Below the pieces are notes generated by a model that saw only the letters and a list, made by a program, of their open reading frames with translations, was not told the DNA's origin and ran no database searches. A DNA stretch of 64,000 nucleotides from Stylophora pistillata (lineage: Eukaryota). This document shows positions 1 through 27,200 of this stretch, piece after piece; position 1 is the stretch's first letter, and each line of letters opens with the position of its first letter. Location of the stretch: positions 125,557 to 189,556 of the forward strand of contig NW_019218323.1 in NCBI RefSeq assembly GCF_002571385.2, written 5' to 3'. Both the position numbers and the translations under genes were made by a program.

Positions 1-534
1 TCATCATCACGAATGTTTTTTACATGAATATGCCAGGATGCCCATATTTGGATAAAACGGAGGAGGGTCGAGGGCGTGAATCCTATGTCATAAAAGCTTC
101 AAGAACCGGTTGAATCAATTTTAGCAAATTCATAAAAAGTAAGGATTTCATTTAGAAAATCTCACTTACTGTACTGAAATAAAACTTCGAAACTCAATTG
201 CTCGCTCTCTTGTCTAAAATGTTTCAAAATCCCAAGCGAAAGTCAAAAGTGAAAGTAAGATAAACGCAATAAAGCTGAGGTCACGTTTCACGATCTAATA
301 AAGGTCTACCGACAATTACCCACCAGTTTCGTCTAGCTGTGGTTCAGATGAGCGAGCTTTAAAAAAAAAAAAAAATCAATTTCATTCTAAACGATCGCAC
401 CGTTTATTCGAATGGCGATTGTTCTATCTCCCTGAACTATAACATTGAATAAATAATGTTCCGTTGAGCGACTTAATCTAATTTTGTTGAAAGATGAGTC
501 TCAGCAGCTGGTGGTAATTCACGCGGATTGTTAC

Positions 535-784
535 CTTTTATCCTGTGTTTCTTGTCCTCAAACTTCTCTGTACGATATCCCGGTGGATCAGGCTTGGTAA
601 GTAACCTGTGTTCCACAAATACTCTCGCATTCTCAAAGAAGCCCTCGCACATTTGAGTAAAAGACGGATCCTTTGAATCAGAACTCGTCGACATCTTTTC
701 AACAGCATTTTGAACAGCAGGAAGGCATTTCGCGCTTCTGGCGAGTGCACCTCTAAAAGAGCTAACACACTGAAGACCGAACAT
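535..784 (-). CDS. GLUD1: Glutamate dehydrogenase, mitochondrial (GLUD1-like), coding exon 1; gene continues off the left edge
   Basis: ATG at 784 gives MFGLQCVSSFRGALARSAKCL... (Arg/Ser/Ala-rich transit peptide), then DPSFTQMCEGFFENARVFVEHRL...EDKKHRIKG, which matches the animal GDH N-terminus (DPNFFKMVEGFFD...QKRNRVRG). Phase-1 donor G|GTAAC at 535/534. Confidence 0.85.
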
Positions 785-849
785 TGTAAACTCTAGAAAA
801 CACAACTATCTAAGTATTGATATATAAAATCTTTGCGGAACGCTGAACA

Positions 850-935
850 CGTTCACGTCATTCGTCACGTTCGCTGATTAGGCCGCGCTCGATCGATTGT
901 GAGGTGTTGTGAGGTGACTATTCAGCCAATTGGAG
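850..935 (-). promoter_or_regulatory. Putative GDH proximal promoter
   Basis: 70-150 bp upstream of the ATG: CCAATTGG at 926-933, TGACGTG (CRE-like, minus strand) at 854-860, and a direct repeat TTGTGAGGTG x2 at 897-916. Confidence 0.4.
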
Positions 936-1740
936 ACTAGTGCCAGGTTCTTGTCAAACTTCTCACCACGTTTGCAGAACCTACCCAAGAGTCCTAATAA
1001 GGAGCTTGCTTCTGCGCTAAAAGAAAATAAACTGAACAAGTTAGGGCAAGAACCATCACGGGACAAGCCGAAACGATATGGAAAAACAAGGAAGAAAATA
1101 GTGATCTAGTTTCCCCCTTTTCTTCGTATGGAAAACTTGGGGTGAAATTGAATAAGATTCTTCCTTTTTACTTATCGTATAATTGAATTGAATTTTCGCA
1201 TTTCAAATCAATTCGCGACAGACGATGACTCAAATCCACCTAGTATTAGAAATAAATTCACGCGTTCCTTAACTTCCGGAGGCACGAAAAGATCTTCGAC
1301 CCCTGACCAGCCACTGTCCCCACATCACGTTTCGTCTAAAAAAAACTTCTTCTAACTCTTTAAAATGTTTTCTACAAACGGCAGTTGCAAAGCCATGCTT
1401 ATCCTTAACTTTTAGGTTGTTATACTAGGCAAATTTGATACAACTCACACTCAGCTAGAGTCGCACTCAACTTTTGTAACGTCATTAAAAAGAAAGGAAA
1501 CCTTGGATATTGGACCAGGCTTCTCACAATGTCTGCTACGCTTGTTTTAAAAAAAAAAAAAACTGAAGACAACTCTTAAAACTTATTATTTTTAAGGACT
1601 TTCCTATCTTTGATTGCCCTTTCTCTTTTTCATTCATTTGTGACGAACTGAGGATCTTCATGTGGTATTTTCCATTTTTTGTTTTTACGCGGGAAAATCA
1701 ATCCGATATCGTGACCTCAATCCCTTTGACAAGTTTATAC

Positions 1741-1883
1741 AGGAAAATTCATAACCTTAACTCGTGAATTCCGCGTTAAATTGCACGCGAAAACACTCGC
1801 ATGAATCGCGCAGCGATGAGTGCAATGTCAGTTTTCAAGAGCAATTCGACGCGAATTCACTGGTCAAGTAATTGATTTTTCTT
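1741..1883. mobile_element. Imperfect palindromic (MITE/foldback-like) repeat
   Basis: Left arm AGGAAAATTCATAACCTTAACTCGTGAATTCCGCGTTAAATTGCACGCGAAAAC pairs imperfectly with the right arm, whose reverse complement reads AAGAAAAATCAATTACTTGACCAGTGAATTCGCGTCGAATTGCTCTTGAAAAC. Confidence 0.6.
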
Positions 1884-2454
1884 GAAATGAATAAAAATAA
1901 TAAGAAAAAGTAAACAGCAATAATTCTGTTGTTATACCGCGCACGAAACAATATCGCTCAGCCTCGTTTTCAACTCGCAATTCTTCTTGTGTGAGATTAT
2001 TCAGCGTTAATTGATTTCCGGTTTATTTTTTGCGATAAGTGACACATGATTAAAATGATTTAAAATGAGAGACCAGAGCGCGAGACAAGAACGGTGCGAG
2101 GGAGGGGGAGATCAAGTTGGTTTACAAAATAAAACGTGAAGTTTACTCCCATTTCCGACTTCACCCCCTCCCCCGTTACTAATCTCAGGTGGAATATGGT
2201 ACACCATTCACTTCATTAAAAGTAGGGGGGGTTGTTTCTAGAGAAATTGTAGTGTAGTACAAGATAATCGGGTTTTTATCACCTGAGTTGTGAATTGACC
2301 ACCGTAAAGTGTTCCGGTTCGTGCGTTACAAAGTCACCTCAGAGCGAGATTACCTCAAAACATAATCAAAGGGTGACGACGGGTGTGAGTTCCAGAGTTT
2401 TAAATCACTATCCTAAATCCAACAATTCGCAACAACGATGAGACTTGTATGATC

Positions 2455-2460
2455 TTTATT
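2455..2460 (-). terminator. Probable ZMIZ polyadenylation signal (AATAAA), implying a ~2.4 kb 3' UTR
   Basis: TTTATT on the plus strand, followed on the minus strand by a GU-rich tract (TCGTTGTTGCGAATTGTTGGATTT). The 2460-4820 interval is U-rich on the minus strand. Confidence 0.5.
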
Positions 2461-4820
2461 TCTTATAAAATTTAGATATAGAATATCTACACATACAGGC
2501 GGCTTTAATAAGTCTATCGTAGCCTTCTTCGTAAGAATTTGTTCTCTCCTACAGAACTGTAGTTGTACGCTCTCTACGTTATAAATAGGTATAAAATCTA
2601 CTATGCTATCGATACTACGAGAGAGATGACAATAATGATTTACTTAGCATATAATCTCGAACTTACATTGAACACACTTTTCCCTGAAAACGATCGTCAT
2701 AAAATGTTGTCGCGTCTAGAACTAGAGAATAACGTGACAGACTTCCCAACTCACTTCAATGGGATTCAGACGAGGTTTTGAGTGATGCTCATTTCGTAGC
2801 CAGTGATGTGTAATCCAAATAAAACTGCGAACTACTCGCAATACTATAAATTAACTCTTTCTCTACCATTTTGAAACATCATGGGCTAAAGGCTAGCAAC
2901 GACAGTAACAGAAATGCGGCTTTTATCTCATCTTTCCAGATATGCGTTCCTTACGAGTATTTACAAAGACTAGATCATATCTTGATATACATTATTTATA
3001 GGTATATAAATACATGTTCACTTTATGTACAGCAAGACAAAAACGCCACCAACCAGACCGCAACTATGCCTAAGAGCTTCTTTTTAAAAGTGAAAGTCGA
3101 ACGGGGGGATAGACAATTGCACAGAAACCGTCCACAGTCTTCGCCCAAAGTTCTCTTTCCAAGATTTTTTCAGTCACGTTTCATTTCATCTCTGAACTAC
3201 GAAATGGCTAACTGCACAACATGTAACCTGGAATCAGAATAAATTAAAGCACTCTTCCCGGAATAAAATGCTACCGTATAATCCGAAACAAGTTTCTCAA
3301 GGAAAAAGAAAAATGTGATTGAAACAGAATGTCGAGTTCTAGCCCTTTCAACAGAAAAATAATATATATATATATGAACCTAAAAGGAATATTAAGAAAA
3401 AGAAAGAAGATAAAAAAAAAATCCACTTTTTTGTGAAAGAGGAGTCACCACTGTTCAATACTACAAGACAGAACCGGTTTGTAACAAAACAAATGTGTAA
3501 CCTGTATATTAATGTTAATGCAGTCGAACATGACAACAGAAAAAGAGAAATTGGATGGTTGAGGCGTTTGATGAAAGTAGGATTTGAATAAGTATACAAA
3601 AGTTCGAGAAATTGTACTAACTGCGACACAGTAAAGACGCTTCGCAAAACAATGCCTTTGCTTGAATTCAGCGAGTCATCAAGAGTCAAGTCCTACTTAT
3701 GAGTGTGAAAGCATGAAAGTGAAGAAATGAGAAGTACATACTGTTACTGTACCTCCTAATAATAAAAAGAAATTTAAAAAATAGTAAAATATTTCATGCT
3801 TGACTGATGTGAATAAGAAAACCGAAAAGTTAAAAAAAAAAAAAATTATAAATAAAAGCTGAGATCCCAAGAAAGAAAGAGAAAAGACCGACTTAGGTTA
3901 CGTTATTCCACGGAGGAATGTTCTGCACAGGAGATTATGAAACAAGTATCATGCGTAGCCCTTTCTTAATAACTATATACCTAAACGCTATTATTACCAC
4001 GATAAATCTCATTAACGCATTACTAAATTTTGTTCTAATACTCCTTTCATGGCTCTACCTACATGCAACTAAAATCTATAAATCCCTCTAATTAAAACGA
4101 AAAAGAATACTACTACTTCAGTTCTATGCTTGTAGAGTGTGAGGGTACGTGCCCCCTTTTATTTATTTATGCATATATTATAGCATTTACCGAACTAATT
4201 CCAAATGTTGGAATGATTAATAATTCTCTTTGTCTTTCACCTGCACCTGAGGATTGCAAGGCGTAATGTAGAGTACTTTGTGTAACTCACAACGGAAATA
4301 GTTCCTCTTTCTAGTACTCTGTTTAATAAAATTTGCAGCTTGAGTTTGACCCAAAATCACAGCTTCCTTATCACTATAACTACACCACCACAATAATATG
4401 GCTTTCAATACATAACCTGTAAAAAAAATCACAAATCGCCAAGATCTTCAGGATAAAAACTGCCGTAACTAAGAAATTTTCCCTTGCTCTTTATATCAGA
4501 TTAAAGTAGGAAACGAAACCGAATTGATGGATAAGAAAAAAAGAGTTACTCACAAAAGTATGAAAATTGAAAAGAACTTACACACAAAAGTAAGGACAAA
4601 ACTTCACTAGAAAAACTGAAGAAAAGATTCCAAGTAGTAACGTATCGTAATGGTTAACTAAGTAAACTTGAGAATATTTGTACTATACAAAACAAAAACG
4701 TAAAGGTCTTGCAACCTACCCCCTTCAGTACAAATTACTCGTTCTACTTTCAAGTACAGCAAACTAAAAAATTTCTAGCATGGCTCTTTCCTATTGACCA
4801 AAAAGATCACCATCACAAAG

Positions 4821-18639
<13,819 letters not shown>

Positions 18640-21132
18640 TCCAGCACCTGCAGAAGATGTGATTTTCTTGTATTAACAGAAAGTCAACTTAAGGTTATTC
18701 ATAAGTTACATATAAATAAAACTGCATTTTTGAACCAGTATGGAGAGAATGTAATGATAAGAAATGTTTTCCACATTTAGATAATTGTAAGGAAGAGCTT
18801 CTAGTCTATTTGATAAAGATATTGTACATAATTATTTCCACCCTTATGCTGTACATTAAAATTATATTCCTTGGCTAAGTAGGATTCTATAATACAAAAA
18901 AAAAATATGTAAACTACATGAATAGTGTAATGGAAGGCAAGTGTGGTGAGAGAGGTGTATGAGCTTGTTCTAGTTCTCCTATTATGTGCAAAAGAGTACC
19001 ACTATCCCTGATCCATCACAGATCAGACTGAACTTTCTCCAGTAGCAGAAACCATTGATCTACTTTCTATCCCCTGTCACTTTTAGTGACTTTCAGAGCT
19101 ATTGGGGAGTTTTAAAAATACATATTTAAATATCCTACCAAATTCTGACAAAATAGTTGACCTCTGAAAATGCTACTTCTCTTCATAATACATGTTGAAA
19201 ACAGTAGCTAGGTTGTGAGATTACCTCAAATTAGAAAGTGCAAAACACTTCGCATTTTCCTTCTTGTGCTAAGAATGGTGCGAAAACACTTCAAAAAGAG
19301 TGTTTTCAGATTAATTCTCTTTGTTCCCATAAACAACACTTCTCTCTTGTGGCATCATAATTAAAAATGCCAAATTACTAACAAAAGAACTTAAGATGTA
19401 ATTAAACACCCATCCAAAGCGCATGCAATCATTGTTGATAATTAGCAACCAAATCTGAACATAATTTACCAGCGGCAATATTTATAGATGACCATTATGT
19501 TAGTTTTGGTTTCAAAATTTCAACTCTAGACATACACTAAAAAGTCAGCATGGAACCTAACAGTTCAAAATCTTTCAAAGACTTCTTTGAATTTGATCTG
19601 CTGATATATACACCATCACCTTCTTCCATCAAAACTAACCCTCACCTACAAAACACATGCTACATAGAATTTGAAACAAACTGAACAATTAAGTTTACTT
19701 ATAAAAAAAACCTGAAAGTAAAGCTAGCATGCCTACCTTATGAATTTACTACACAAATCACCCTGCAAGCCCCAACAAATATACAGGCTGTATGTTGTCA
19801 AGCAGGGCAAATTTGCATGAAAATTCAAGAGTTCATAGCCCGTGGAAAATTATTCCTACAAAGCTCAATTCAAATAAGTTTGAATAAGCTACATTTTCAA
19901 AGCAAAATGAACTGATCCCAGTAGAAAAGAAAGTAAACAACTCTGAGTGGCCATATTTAAATCCTGTACATGCTCACAGCAACCTTGCATGTTGAAATAG
20001 AAACCAGAGTCAAAATAAAAGGCCAACCGCACAAGCTACTGCATGGTCTTTGTTACCACCAAATCAGTAATGGAGCTTAATTATTCAAAGACCACAAGCA
20101 ACTCCATTGTCTTTCATCCCCATTCAATACTTGTCTTTGGTTCACCAAATAGACTTCCACATGTACCTCTTTTGAAAAGATGAATTAATTAAGAAAACAG
20201 TGGTGCTCTCCCACAGAACCTGATTCACACTCCTCAAGAAAACTGCTCTGTGGTCCTTGAAGAAAGAGGCTTCTCTGTTTGATAACTATTCATTAAAACA
20301 AAGACTCTCCTGGGCTCCTCTCTAAACATTTTCTTCTTGCTGGGTAACCCTATCAACCGTATCACTCCTTTTAAAAAGCACAACTGGAAAGAAAAGCTGC
20401 TATAAATACCACCATTTCAGCTCAAATTACAACACAGTTGTACAATCTAGGTGCAAATTATAAACCAAACAGTAAGGAGAGCAATAAATTTGGTAAATAT
20501 ACCTTCATATAATGCACTCTGTTTCTTAATCCAATTCACAAGCCACTTACTTAAGAAAATCAGTGTAAAAAATACTATCACTCTGATAAAGAAAATACTT
20601 ATACAAATTATTGTTATAATTGTTAAAAATCTGTTCATTGCACCTTTTATATAATCCCAAAAACTAATTTTCTGTGCTTAATGTTATGTTTATCTTTATC
20701 AATTTGTCTGTAGGATATATGTTAAGTCAACTGGTGTCAGTAAACTGTTAACATGGTTCACTTCACCCACCAAAACAAGCTTGAGTTAGTTCTCACAGAA
20801 GCTATTTTTGTTGTTCTACCCACTTTAATTTTATGAGAAAATTGCCATGAATTGAAAAACCACTAAGACCACATGCCTGAGTGCAAAAAAAACTTGGATC
20901 TCATGTCAAAATAATTGCAATTTTCTGCGATGTTTTACGCAAACAAAGCAACACTGCTGTTAATAATAGTGGTATTGATTTTAACTTGACTATATTCAGG
21001 TTAACAAGTTTAAACGCAGCTCTTGACTGGAATCATATTTACAGTAGTAGCATTCAAGACAATTTTAAGTTAGTATTAAAAAGTTCAAAATTAATCAAGA
21101 CTAAAATATGTCAAGAAAAAAGGTCCATTTAC

Positions 21133-21265
21133 TGTTCTGGTTGAAGTGTTGGTTATCCAACGGTTGACTCTGGGCTGTTGCTGTTCCATAGAAAAGTCCA
21201 TCATCCAAGTCACCCATGGTTTTGCCAGTGAAGTCCCCCAAACCATTCAGAGGGAAATCCCCCAT
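21133..21265 (-). CDS. ZMIZ1: Probable alternative upstream coding exon of ZMIZ (N-terminal extension)
   Basis: ATG at 21265 gives MGDFPLNGLGDFTGKTMGDLDDGLFYGTATAQSQPLDNQHFNQN, then a phase-1 donor A|GTAAAT. This splices in frame to the acceptor at 18647 (GT GCT GGA ATG), giving ...[14 protein letters not shown]. Confidence 0.55.
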
Positions 21266-24200
21266 TCTGACACAAGAGTTGCCAAAAATACCACTGAGTT
21301 GTGAGTCTTCAGTGTAACCAAAACTTGTTAAAACACCTCAGTGTTATGAACTTTGGGATAGAGCTAACAGAGTAATGAGAACACTTGGTTAGGTTTAAAA
21401 CTTTTATGTTTTAAGGGTTTCAGTCATTACTTATTCAACAGTTTCAATTTTAGCTTCTGGGAAGATTTTTACCAGAAAATAACCTGGATATTAAACAAAA
21501 GTTACCATTTATTCAAAAGTTACCACCAAGAAAATATCATTTTAAAAATGTTATGCCTTTAGGTGTTAATAAGTCAGAGCAATTTATTTTCCTTGCACAT
21601 GCATTTCAAGTATCGAACCAAGTGCTAGGCACATCATTAAGATTTAATAACAAGAAGCCTGTGTGCCCATGTGCAAATTCAGGCTTTTTCCAAAATGATG
21701 AGTGACAATAAATACAAGCCAAACCAATGCAGGTACAGGGAACATGATGACCACCTGTACACAAAGACCAACCCCTCCCTTTAACATAAACAAGTGCTTC
21801 ATTACAGCCTCTGGTCTACAAAAAAACATCAAACCCAAATGAACCACCAAAAATCTCTAAAAAATTCTACACAATGCCCTAAGTTTCTCTAACAAGTATC
21901 ATTCACCTTAACATGTTTGTTTGAGTTCACTGTTTCAGATCAGTGGCCATGAAATGTTTAATTTTAAGTCAGTGGCACTATCAATTCTATCAAGACGCCT
22001 GCATGGACACCCTTTACACACTGTGCACCCCTTTGAATAAATGTTTTCTGTTATCAGGAGGGAGGAGTCAACTAAGAAATTAGTGAAACCCTAAAGCACT
22101 CTTTAGTCAACAAGCTGACATGTGTTCATTACTTACTCCAGTGTGTGATTATGGCAGCAGATACATCTAATTCTTTAGCAAATAATATGTTTTAAGAGCA
22201 ATACAGTATAACACAGTATAATTTATCTTAACAATGACATCATAATCAAGTATTAAATCCAATTAAAGTTGTCCATTAAACAAGGTTGATAACACCATTG
22301 ACATGAGCACTCACTAAGTATTCTGGGTTTACAATTCAAATTTTTTAACTTAACTTGAAAACTTTTCAAAACAATTTAAATCAATTTTTAATCTTTCTTC
22401 GTTTATTAAATTAAGATGATTATTAATAATGAGCACAAAAAATATGTATTTCTGGGTGCTCTTACTTGATAAATTCATACCAGAGGCAATGGGAGAACAC
22501 AAAGAAAGCTTCTAAATCACAAGCCAACGGCAAGTGATAAATAAGCTTTCATAACATCACAAGTGACTTTATCACATATAGAGTCTGGAAGAATAATTAT
22601 GTTCTATAACTAGAAATATGATATAACTAGTTGTCACCAATCAAATGCAGGCTCCATAACCTGATAAAGCAGCCAATTGGAAACTGACTTGACCAATCAG
22701 ATGATGCATATAATGTTCTTTAATGTTATAAAAACAAATAAATCAAACTTGTGTGAAAACTAAGAAGAAATAAAGAGAAAACATGGACCCCACCTGTGGA
22801 CCTAAAAGATATTAAATACACCAGCAACCTGAAAACCCTCCAAAAGTATGCAGGCATTGATGATAAACAGCTTATAGGTTTTCCATGAATAATTTCATGT
22901 CATTCTGAAGCTGTTACTATGCTGCTCACAAGTCAGGCATGGTTGGACTTAGTAGCATGGCCCCACTTTGACTTCCCTGGAGTGCACCACCCACCAAACT
23001 GAAATCCATCCTTTAAGTGAGCTGCACTTTTGCTGAAAATTTCCTTTTACAATTATTTTGCTGTTTAGAACTATTTCTACTTGCATGTGACTTTTGTTGC
23101 AATAATTTATATCCAGTTTTTTGAGTAAGCATGTTTAAATGCAATAACTGTCTTTACATGTATGTGCCCCAATAACAACAGCAAAGCATAAAGAGACAAT
23201 GTAGACTATGGCTCCAACAAACAACAACACACATGTATGTTTACAGGCAAGAATAGTGCAAAACAAAAAGGTAAATAAATGCATTATAATTCTATCTTCT
23301 TTATAATTCTACTTCCTATTAGTTTTTTAATAATTTCAAAAGGTTGGTTAGTTTATTTCTTGTTTTCTGACATGTAGTTTGGGTTTTGGTTTCATTTCAG
23401 TCTTGACAAAACAAAATTTTCTAACGTCTTTGAAAATAATAAATACAATTATTCCTGTTTCAATGCAACTTAAAGCAGATTTATGTAAACATTTGAATTT
23501 CCTTTGAAAGACGTGCCAAGGAGACACTCCTAGCAAAGCAGGTGCCATAGCAACCACTCTAAAAGACAATAGACTAAAAAAAAAATCTGCACAAAAGAGA
23601 AAACAGCTGCTACATCATATGGGGGTGGAATAAATATCATCCACAAATAATTTTAACACCTATCATGCTGGCTTTTAACCACAAATAATCTTTGCTGATA
23701 AAGTAAAACTCTGCAAAACTGCCGGTGAAAATGTTGTTTTTTGTTCTGACAAAACATTACTCAAGTTCTAATCAAATGTATTGGAGAACACCGAATGTCA
23801 TGATGGTGTTAACTTGACACACTTACATGCTAATTAGGCAGGGACCTGCCAGCTAAAAATTAAATAAAATGAAAATTTTTCACCTCACAAGCCAGTGATT
23901 TTTGATGTTAATTGTTATCATAAATGGTAACCTTACTGAAAAGCCAACTTCTTCAAAAAACCCTAAACCTCGATACATTTTCTGTACCCATTGGAACCAT
24001 GAAACCAAAAATGAAGGTCTCCTTCGGACAACTCGCCCTTCCCTTGCATGTTTTTAATTTCTCAACAAAACCCTTTAAACTCTAATTTAAATTGCCATGA
24101 AATGCTTTGGACATTTGCTTCACAGTTTTTGCATCAAAACAATGGGTAACTGACATGTTTATATTAACCTCAGAAATAGGAACTCTTTTGATTGGTTTAT

Positions 24201-27200
24201 AATGATAGCCAGCTGTTTTACAATCAACAGTACAAAATTAATTGACAACAAAAAGTGTACAGGTGCTTTGCAATTTTCAAGTTGATATTGCAAACAAAAA
24301 AGATATGTTGAGGCCTATTACCAACTCCTTCCTACTTGAAAAGGACCTTCAAAGTTGGCCCCTCCACCATAAATTTATTGCATGAATTCAACTGCACTAT
24401 ATTTAATATCCAATAAATGTAATATTTTTATAATAGCCATGAACTTCCAAATTATACAGTCCACTATACATCTAAAAAATATTATTTATACCTGCAGCAA
24501 AAGTGGGTTTCAGTCATTTTAAATTTTGGTTACACATACAAAAAGAGTATTTTTTTGGTATGTGTAGCGGAAATGACGACTGAGAATGATTGAAGAGATG
24601 TCATTGTCATTTTAACCAAATAGATGAGAGAACTTTCTGAAGCTAAGAGCATGAGCATAAAATATATCTACAACAATGATTAATCCTTGAAAACCCACAC
24701 TACTTCTGAAAAATGGTATAAAAGACAAACAAACAAACAAAATCAACTTAACCATGTTGAGAAAGATCAATGTTCACCTGAGAAGTACAGCACTTATATA
24801 AGAAAGTTGTAAATAGTATGTAAAAAGTGAACTGTGCAGAATTTAAATAAAGAAATTTATAATTGAAACACAACATGATTTTCATCTCTACAAAAGCAAT
24901 TGCATGCAAACAGAGCTTGAGCATCAATGAATTTAAACAAAGCACTTCCAAAGAACATGCCTTGGTTGATCTCATTACAAAGTACTCAAACTGCATTTCA
25001 TTTGACGTAGATTTAAACCCTTTATTGACTCACAGCCAAGCAAACAAAGTAAAGTAGGGCTTCATTAAATCTCCTGATATATGCTTAGGTCAGCAGTTAC
25101 AATATTTTTGTATCATTTAATATGTAGTCAAGTCTTCAAATAAACTCCACCATCCCCTGCTGAGCCTAACTTCATTCTCTCTTTTTCAATGACATTTGAA
25201 ATAAAACCTTGTCAAAGTGAGTTAGCCAGTTAAACGACTCTTATACATACACATATTTTTAAGATTTAAGACATTTCCTTTCATGAAAGACAAACACGAA
25301 TGACAGAACATCATAAAAAGTAGTTAAACCTGAAAAATTCATAATCATAGGAAAAAATGTTTGGGACCATGTCCAAATCACACAATCCTCATCCTTGAGA
25401 GTGTGTGTCAATCATGTGATTACTTTCCAAAGGTTTTCAGAGATTACAATTAAGGTTTTTTTTTATGATACACAGTACAAAAGTTTAAAACAAAAAAATT
25501 TTGTAAGCATCTTATTTTACAGCATAAGCCTATGAAACCTCTTTCAAGACAGTGCATCTATTAAGAGCTTAATCCACCAAACCAAAGAAATTTTCAGTAT
25601 TAACTTAACATTCTTCTCCTGAAAATGATTTAATAAAAAAATCAAGATAGATACTTGTACAGCTGTAGCATATGAAAATCAACAGTTCTTGTACATTTGA
25701 TACTTACAATTTGAAACAATTGCTAACAAAGATCATAGGACAAGATTGAAACTTTGAACACCATTTAAGCACATGGAAAGAGCATCAATTGCACTTCGTA
25801 TGTTGGAAGTCTTTTTAAAAAAATTGCTAAAAGTGGTGATCAAAGTGAAAGGTTATCACTGTCTTCTCCAAAGCTGTAATTACTATATTTCAATCCACTC
25901 TACTTTAGAGGTCATGGAGAAAGGATATATAGCTGATTTGTAAACATGTAATCAATCTGTTTGAAAACATGAATTTTCTCCCCTGTCAGTTCCATTCTTG
26001 AGGGAGAAGACTTTTCATTTCTGTGTCAATGCTCCTATAAAGACTCATTGTGTGGGACTCCAATAGTCTTAATAATAATTAATAATATGCCTAATCAGTT
26101 CTCATCACACAGTTTGTTCCCTTGTTAAGGAAAAAAAAAAAGAGGAAAAAACAACACTCAAGGGTGGTGCGTGTCATTATTATGCTTGGTTCCTTCACAT
26201 TTGATAAACACATACACATATTTAGGAATGGAGCACAGATTACACAAATTAGAAAGGGAGTTACATCATAAAGAATGAAAGGAATGACAATATCAAAGCT
26301 TGTTAAGTATGTGTTTGGCAAAGAAAAAATTCCAGATGTCATAATATTTTGCCTATGTTAGCAAATTTGTGAGGACAAATTTACTCTGCAACACCATGAC
26401 CAGCAAATTATCCTTATTCCAGATGTCTCACAAATGGCAACAAGATTGCATCAGCATGCCCAAAGAACCAGTACAAGTACAGTAAACATTTGATTGTAAC
26501 TTTAATTAGTTCCCGCCCAGAAGGGGAAAAACAAGAGGAGAGAAAGATCAAATTATACCTTTAAGATTGTTTTCCTTTTGGCCTAAAACCATTTATTAAA
26601 AAAAAAAAAAAAAGAAAGAAATATATCATGACTTGTGTTTTGACTCTAGATTTCTTTCAACACTATCTTTTGAATAAGTAACATGCTTTATCTTCACGTT
26701 ATTGATAAAATGATACAGACAGAGAAGGTTTTTCAAGTCAAGACCTCACAAAGACTTCCAAAATATTAAAACGTGTAATATATTTTCCCTGTGAAATACA
26801 CAGTGGTGGTACAGCGACTCATCAAAGAACGTTGGTTCTTAATATTCAAACCCGCCAAACAAAAGCTGTCACCCCACGATAATTGATTACTGACAAAGTT
26901 AGAAATTCACATTGATGGAAATCCTGACGACTTCCCGTATTTCTGATGATCGTAAATAGGTTAACGTAGTTTTTCTCGATTTGTTTTGTTTTGTTTTCTT
27001 TTTTTCTTTTTTTTTTGGTGAGAATAGTAATTTGAATTAAACTCACAGTTAAGGTCGAGCGATTTCTTTGATTAACCATTCGTAAGTTGAGATTACTCTC
27101 GAATTTTAGCTATCGACAAAATTCCTTAAAATAAACTTGGTAGTTCAGATTTTGCAGTGTCATTTAATTACTTATTTTTAGCGACTAGTCATTAGAAATT

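Noticed and set aside
2563-4432. Short ORFs between GDH and ZMIZ
   Set aside because: Low-complexity AT-rich translations within the inferred ZMIZ 3' UTR.
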